From: Eledone cirrhosa
Taxonomy: Eukaryota
Direction: 5' to 3'
Assembly: GCA_964016885.1 (NCBI GenBank)
Contig: OZ024751.1
Coordinates: forward strand, 310,001 to 374,000
Length of the DNA stretch: 64,000 nt
Positions 59,601 through 64,000 of the stretch are shown piece by piece; position 1 is the stretch's first letter, and each line of letters begins with the position of its first letter. The notes beneath the pieces were generated by a model. It did not search any database and was not told where the DNA came from. It saw nothing but the letters and a program-made list of their open reading frames with translations. The position numbers and the translations under genes were made by a program.

Positions 59601-62600
59601 GGCTGAGTGTGGGTAGTGTAGTAGGGACAGGTTGAGTGTGGGTAGTGTAGTAGGGACAGGTTGATTGTGGGTAGTGTAGTAGGGACAGGTTGAGTGTGGG
59701 TAGTGTAGTAGGGACAGGTTGAGTGTGGGTAGTGTAGTAGGGACAAGTTGATTGTGGGTAGTGTAGTAGGGACAGTTTGTTGTGGGTAGTGTAGTAGGGA
59801 CAGGTTGAGTGTGGGTAGTGTAGTAGGGACAGGTTGCGTGTAGGTAGTGTAGTAGGGACAGGGTAAGAGTGGGTAGTGTAGTAGGGACAGGTTGAGTGTG
59901 GGTAGTGTAGTAGGGACATACAGGTTGATGTGGGTAGTGTAGTAGGGACAGGTTGAGTGTGGCTAGTGTAGTAGGAACAGGCTGAGAGTAGGTAGTGTAG
60001 TAGGGACAGGTTGAGTGTGGGTAGTGTAGTAGGGACAGGTTGAGTGTGGGTAGTGTAGTAGGGACAAGTTGATTGTGGGTAGTGTAGTAGGGACAGGTTG
60101 AGTCTGGGTAGTGTAGTAGGGACAGGTTGATTGTGGGTAGTGTAGTAGGGACAGGTTGAGTGTAGGTAGTGTAGTAGGGACAGGTTGAGTGTGGGTAGTG
60201 TAGAAGGGACAGGTTGAGTGTGGCTAGTGTAGTAGGGACAGGTTGAGAGTGGGTAGTGTAGTAGGGACAGGCTGTTGTGGGTAGTGTAGAAGGGACAGGT
60301 TGATTGTGGGTAGTGTAGTAGGGAAGGTTGTTGTGGGTAGTGTAGTAGGGACAGGTTGATGTGGGTAGTGTAGTAGGGACAGGTTGAGTGTGGGTAGTGT
60401 AGTAGGGACAGACAGGTTGATGTGGGTAGTGTAGTAGGGACAGGTTGTTGTGGGTAGTGTAGTAGGGACAGGTTGAGTGTGGGTAGTGTAGTAGGTACAG
60501 GCTGAGTGTGGGTAGTGTAGTAGGGACAGGCTGAGTGTGGGTAGTGTAGTAGGGACAGGTTGAGTGTGGGTAGTGTAGTAGGGACAGGTTGATTGTGGGT
60601 AGTGTAGTAGGGACAGGTTGAGTGTGGGTAGTGTAGTAGGGACAGGTTGAGTGTGGGTAGTGTAGTAGGGACAGTTTGTTGTGGGTAGTGTAGTAGGGAC
60701 AGGTTGAGTGTGGCTAGTGTAGTAGGGACAGGTTGCGTGTAGGTAGTGTAGTAGGGACAGGTTGAGTGTGGGTAGTGTAGGGACAGTTTGTTGTGGGTAG
60801 TGTAGTAGGGACAGGGTAAGAGTGGGTAGTGTAGTAGGGACAGGGTAAGAGTGGGTAGTGTAGTAGGGACAGGTTGAGTGTGGGTAGTGTAGTAGGGACA
60901 GGTTGAGTGTGGCTAGTGTAGAAGGGACAGGTTGAGTGTGGCTAGTGTAGTAGGGACAGGTTGAGTGTAGGTAGTGTAGTAGGGACAGGTTGAGTGTAGG
61001 TAGTGTAGTAGGGACAGGGTAAGAGTGGGTAGTGTAGTAGGGACAGGTTAAGAGTGGGTAGTGTAGTAGGGACAGGTTGAGTGTAGGTAGTGTAGTAGGG
61101 ACAGGTTGAGTGTGGGTAGTGTAGACGGGACAGGTTGAGTGTGGCTAGTGTAGTAGGGACAGGTTGAGAGTGGGTAGTGTAGTAGGGACAGGCTGTTGTG
61201 GGTAGTGTAGAAGGGACAGGTTGATTGTGGGTAGTGTAGTAGGGACAGGTTGAGTGTGGGTAGTGTAGTAGGGACAGGATGAGTGTGGGTAGTGTAGTAG
61301 GGACAGGCTGAGTGTGGGTAGTGTAGTAGGGACAGGTTGAGTGTGGGTAGTGTAGTAGGGACAGGTTGATTGTGGGTAGTGTAGTAGGGACAGGTTGAGT
61401 GTGGGTAGTGTAGTAGGGACAGGTTGAGTGTGGGTAGTGTAGTAGGGACAAGTTGATTGTGGGTAGTGTAGTAGGGACAGTTTGTTGTGGGTAGTGTAGT
61501 AGGGACAGGTTGAGTGTGGGTAGTGTAGAAGGGACAGGTTGAGTGTGACTAGTGTAGTAGGGACAGGTTGAGTGTGGGTAGTGTAGTAGGGACAGGTTGC
61601 GTGTAGGTAGTGTAGTAGGGACAGGGTAAGAGTGGGTAGTGTAGTAGGGACAGGGTAAGAGTGGGTAGTGTAGTAGGGACAGGTTGAGTGTGGGTAGTGT
61701 AGTAGGGACAGACAGGTTGATGTGGGTAGTGTAGTAGGGATAGGTTGTTGTGGGTAGTGTAGTAGGGACAGGTTGAGTGTGGGTAGTGTAGTAGAGACAG
61801 GTTGAGTGTGGCTAGTGTAGTAGGAACAGGCTGAGAGTAGGTAGTGTAGTAGGGACAGGTTGAGTGTGGGTAGTGTAGTAGGGACAGGTTGAGTGTGGGT
61901 AGTGTAGTAGGGACAAGTTGATTGTGGGTAGTGTAGTAGGGACAGGTTGAGTGTGGGTAGTGTAGTAGGGACAGGTTGATTGTGGGTAGTGTAGTAGGGA
62001 CAGGTTGAGTGTAGGTAGTGTAGTAGGGACAGGTTGAGTGTGGGTAGTGTAGAAGGGACAGGTTGAGTGTGGCTAGTGTAGTAGGGACAGGTTGAGAGTG
62101 GGTAGTGTAGTAGGGACAGGTTGAGTGTGGGTAGTGTAGTAGGGACAAGTTGATTGTGGGTAGTGTAGTAGGGACAGGTTGAGTGTGGGTAGTGTAGTAG
62201 GGACAGGTTGATTGTGGGTAGTGTAGTAGGGACAGGTTGAGTGTAGGTAGTGTAGTAGGGACAGGTTGAGTGTGGGTAGTGTAGAAGGGACAGGTTGAGT
62301 GTGGCTAGTGTAGTAGGGACAGGTTGAGAGTGGGTAGTGTAGTAGGGACAGGTTGAGAGTGGGTAGTGTAGTAGGGACAGGCTGTTGTGGGTAGTGTAGA
62401 AGGGACAGGTTGATTGTGGGTAGTGTAGTAGGGAAGGTTGTTGTGGGTAGTGTAGTAGGGACAGGTTGATGTGGGTAGTGTAGTAGGGACAGGTTGAGTG
62501 TGGGTAGTGTAGTAGGGACAGACAGGTTGATGTGGGTAGTGTAGTAGGGACAGGTTGTTGTGGGTAGTGTAGTAGGGACAGGTTGAGTGTGGGTAGTGTA

Positions 62601-64000
62601 GTAGGTACAGGCTGAGTGTGGGTAGTGTAGTAGGGACAGGCTGAGTGTGGGTAGTGTAGTAGGGACAGGTTGATTGTGGGTAGTGTAGTAGGGACAGGTT
62701 GATTGTGGGTAGTGTAGTAGGGACAGGTTGAGTGTGGGTAGTGTAGTAGGGACAGGTTGAGTGTGGGTAGTGTAGTAGGGACAAGTTGATTGTGGGTAGT
62801 GTAGTAGGGACAGTTTGTTGTGGGTAGTGTAGTAGGGACAGGTTGAGTGTCGGTAGTGTAGTAGGGACAGGTTGCGTGTAGGTAGTGTAGTAGGGACAGG
62901 TTGAGTGTGGCTAGTGTAGAAGGGACAGGTTGAGTGTGGCTAGTGTAGTAGGGACAGGTTGAGTGTAGGTAGTGTAGTAGGGACAGGTTGAGTGTAGGTA
63001 GTGTAGTAGGGACAGGGTAAGAGTGGGTAGTGTAGTAGGGACAGGTTAAGAGTGGGTAGTGTAGTAGGGACAGGTTGAGTGTAGGTAGTGTAGTAGGGAC
63101 AGGTTGAGTGTGGGTAGTGTAGACGGGACAGGTTGAGTGTGGCTAGTGTAGTAGGGACAGGTTGAGAGTGGGTAGTGTAGTAGGGACAGGCTGTTGTGGG
63201 TAGTGTAGAAGGGACAGGTTGATTGTGGGTAGTGTAGTAGGGAAGGTTGTTGTGGGTAGTGTAGTAGGGACAGGTTGATGTGGGTAGTGTAGTAGGGACA
63301 GGTTGAGTGTGGGTAGTGTAGTAGGGACAGACAGGTTGATGTGGGTAGTGTAGTAGGGACAGGTTGTTGTGGGTAGTGTAGTAGGGACAGGTTGAGTGTG
63401 GGTAGTGTAGTAGGGGCAGGCTGAGTGTGGATAGTGTAGTAGGGACAGGCTGAGTGTGGGTAGTGTAGTAGGGACAGGTTGAGTGTGGGTAGTGTAGTAG
63501 GGACAGGTTGATTGTGGGTAGTGTAGTAGGGACAGATTGAGTGTGGGTAGTGTAGTAGGGACAGGTTGAGTGTGGGTAGTGTAGTAGGGACAGGTTGAGT
63601 GTGGGTAGTGTAGTAGGGACAGGTTGAGTGTGGGTAGTGTAGTAGGGACAGGTTAAGTGTGGGTAGTGTAGAAGGGACAGGTTGAGTGTGGCTAGTGTAG
63701 TAGGGACAGGTTGAGTGTGGGTAGTGTAGAAGGGACAGGTTGTTGTGGGTAGTGTAGTAGGGACAGGTTGACTGTGGGTAGTGTAGTAGGGACAGGCTGA
63801 GTGTGGGTAGTGTAGAAGGGACAGGTTGATGTGCGTAGTGTAGTAGGGACAGGTTGAGTGTGGGTAATGTAGTAGGGACAGGTTGAGTGTGGGTAGTGTA
63901 GTAGGGACAGGCTGAGTGTGGGTAGTGTAGTAGGGACAGGTTGAGTGTGGGTAGTGTAGTAGGGACAGGTTGAGAGTGGGTAGTGTAGTAGGGACAGGTT
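23625..64000. repeat. Satellite array of a 29-bp monomer GGGACAGGTTGAGTGTGGGTAGTGTAGTA, about 1,390 units, running off the window end
   Basis: Uninterrupted head-to-tail array in one orientation. Recurrent variants include -GATT-, -GTTGT-, -GGCT-, -TAGAAG-, 28-bp -GATGT- and GACAGACAG units. The left edge at 23625-23850 is degenerate. Confidence 0.99.

Noticed and set aside
28867-62784. Long minus-strand ORFs (up to 535 aa) with a 29-aa repeat, TCPYYTTHTQPVPTTLPTLNLSLLHYPHS, resembling a mucin or adhesive protein
   Set aside because: The 29-nt monomer is not a multiple of 3 and lacks stops because the strand is G-poor, so all three frames are open. Most starts are chance TTG variants, and indel variants shift frame freely. 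No coding constraint is visible.
23625-64000. CRISPR-like array (29-bp repeat)
   Set aside because: The repeats are head-to-tail with no unique spacers, there are no cas genes and the context is eukaryotic.
23850-64000. Telomeric or strong G-quadruplex array (GTAGGG, two GGG runs per unit)
   Set aside because: There is no tandem TTAGGG. The GGG runs are separated by 10- and 13-nt loops, so canonical G4 potential is modest and cannot be supported without experiment.
23850-64000. Recursive splice sites (CAG|GT) in every monomer
   Set aside because: They are on the plus strand, antisense to SLC35B4. The sense-strand consensus has no AG|GT.

Overview
Eukaryotic, repeat-rich genomic DNA. The SINE, LINE and microsatellite content suggests an octopus or other coleoid cephalopod (inference). 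The only host gene I can support is the 3' part of SLC35B4 (UDP-xylose/UDP-GlcNAc transporter) on the minus strand: six exons at 22540-22621, 17365-17425, 11203-11312, 6507-6582, 5411-5486 and 4670-4910 that splice in frame. Its last intron (4911-5410) has a U12-type (minor spliceosome) signature. The upstream exons are not in the window, so a G-rich 29-bp satellite array of more than 40 kb (about 23.6 kb to the window end), with nested multi-kb higher-order duplications, appears to lie inside one intron. The other introns and the 3' flank hold CORE-type tRNA-SINEs with an RTE-derived tail, a decayed RTE LINE with a PHD-like finger inside its RT region, an internally deleted Gypsy LTR element, a Helitron end, piggyBac-type MITEs and a CRE-like fragment. 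They also hold Penelope-like remnants with type I hammerhead ribozymes, one of them in sense orientation within the SLC35B4 pre-mRNA. Nearly all other listed ORFs are artefacts of simple repeats.
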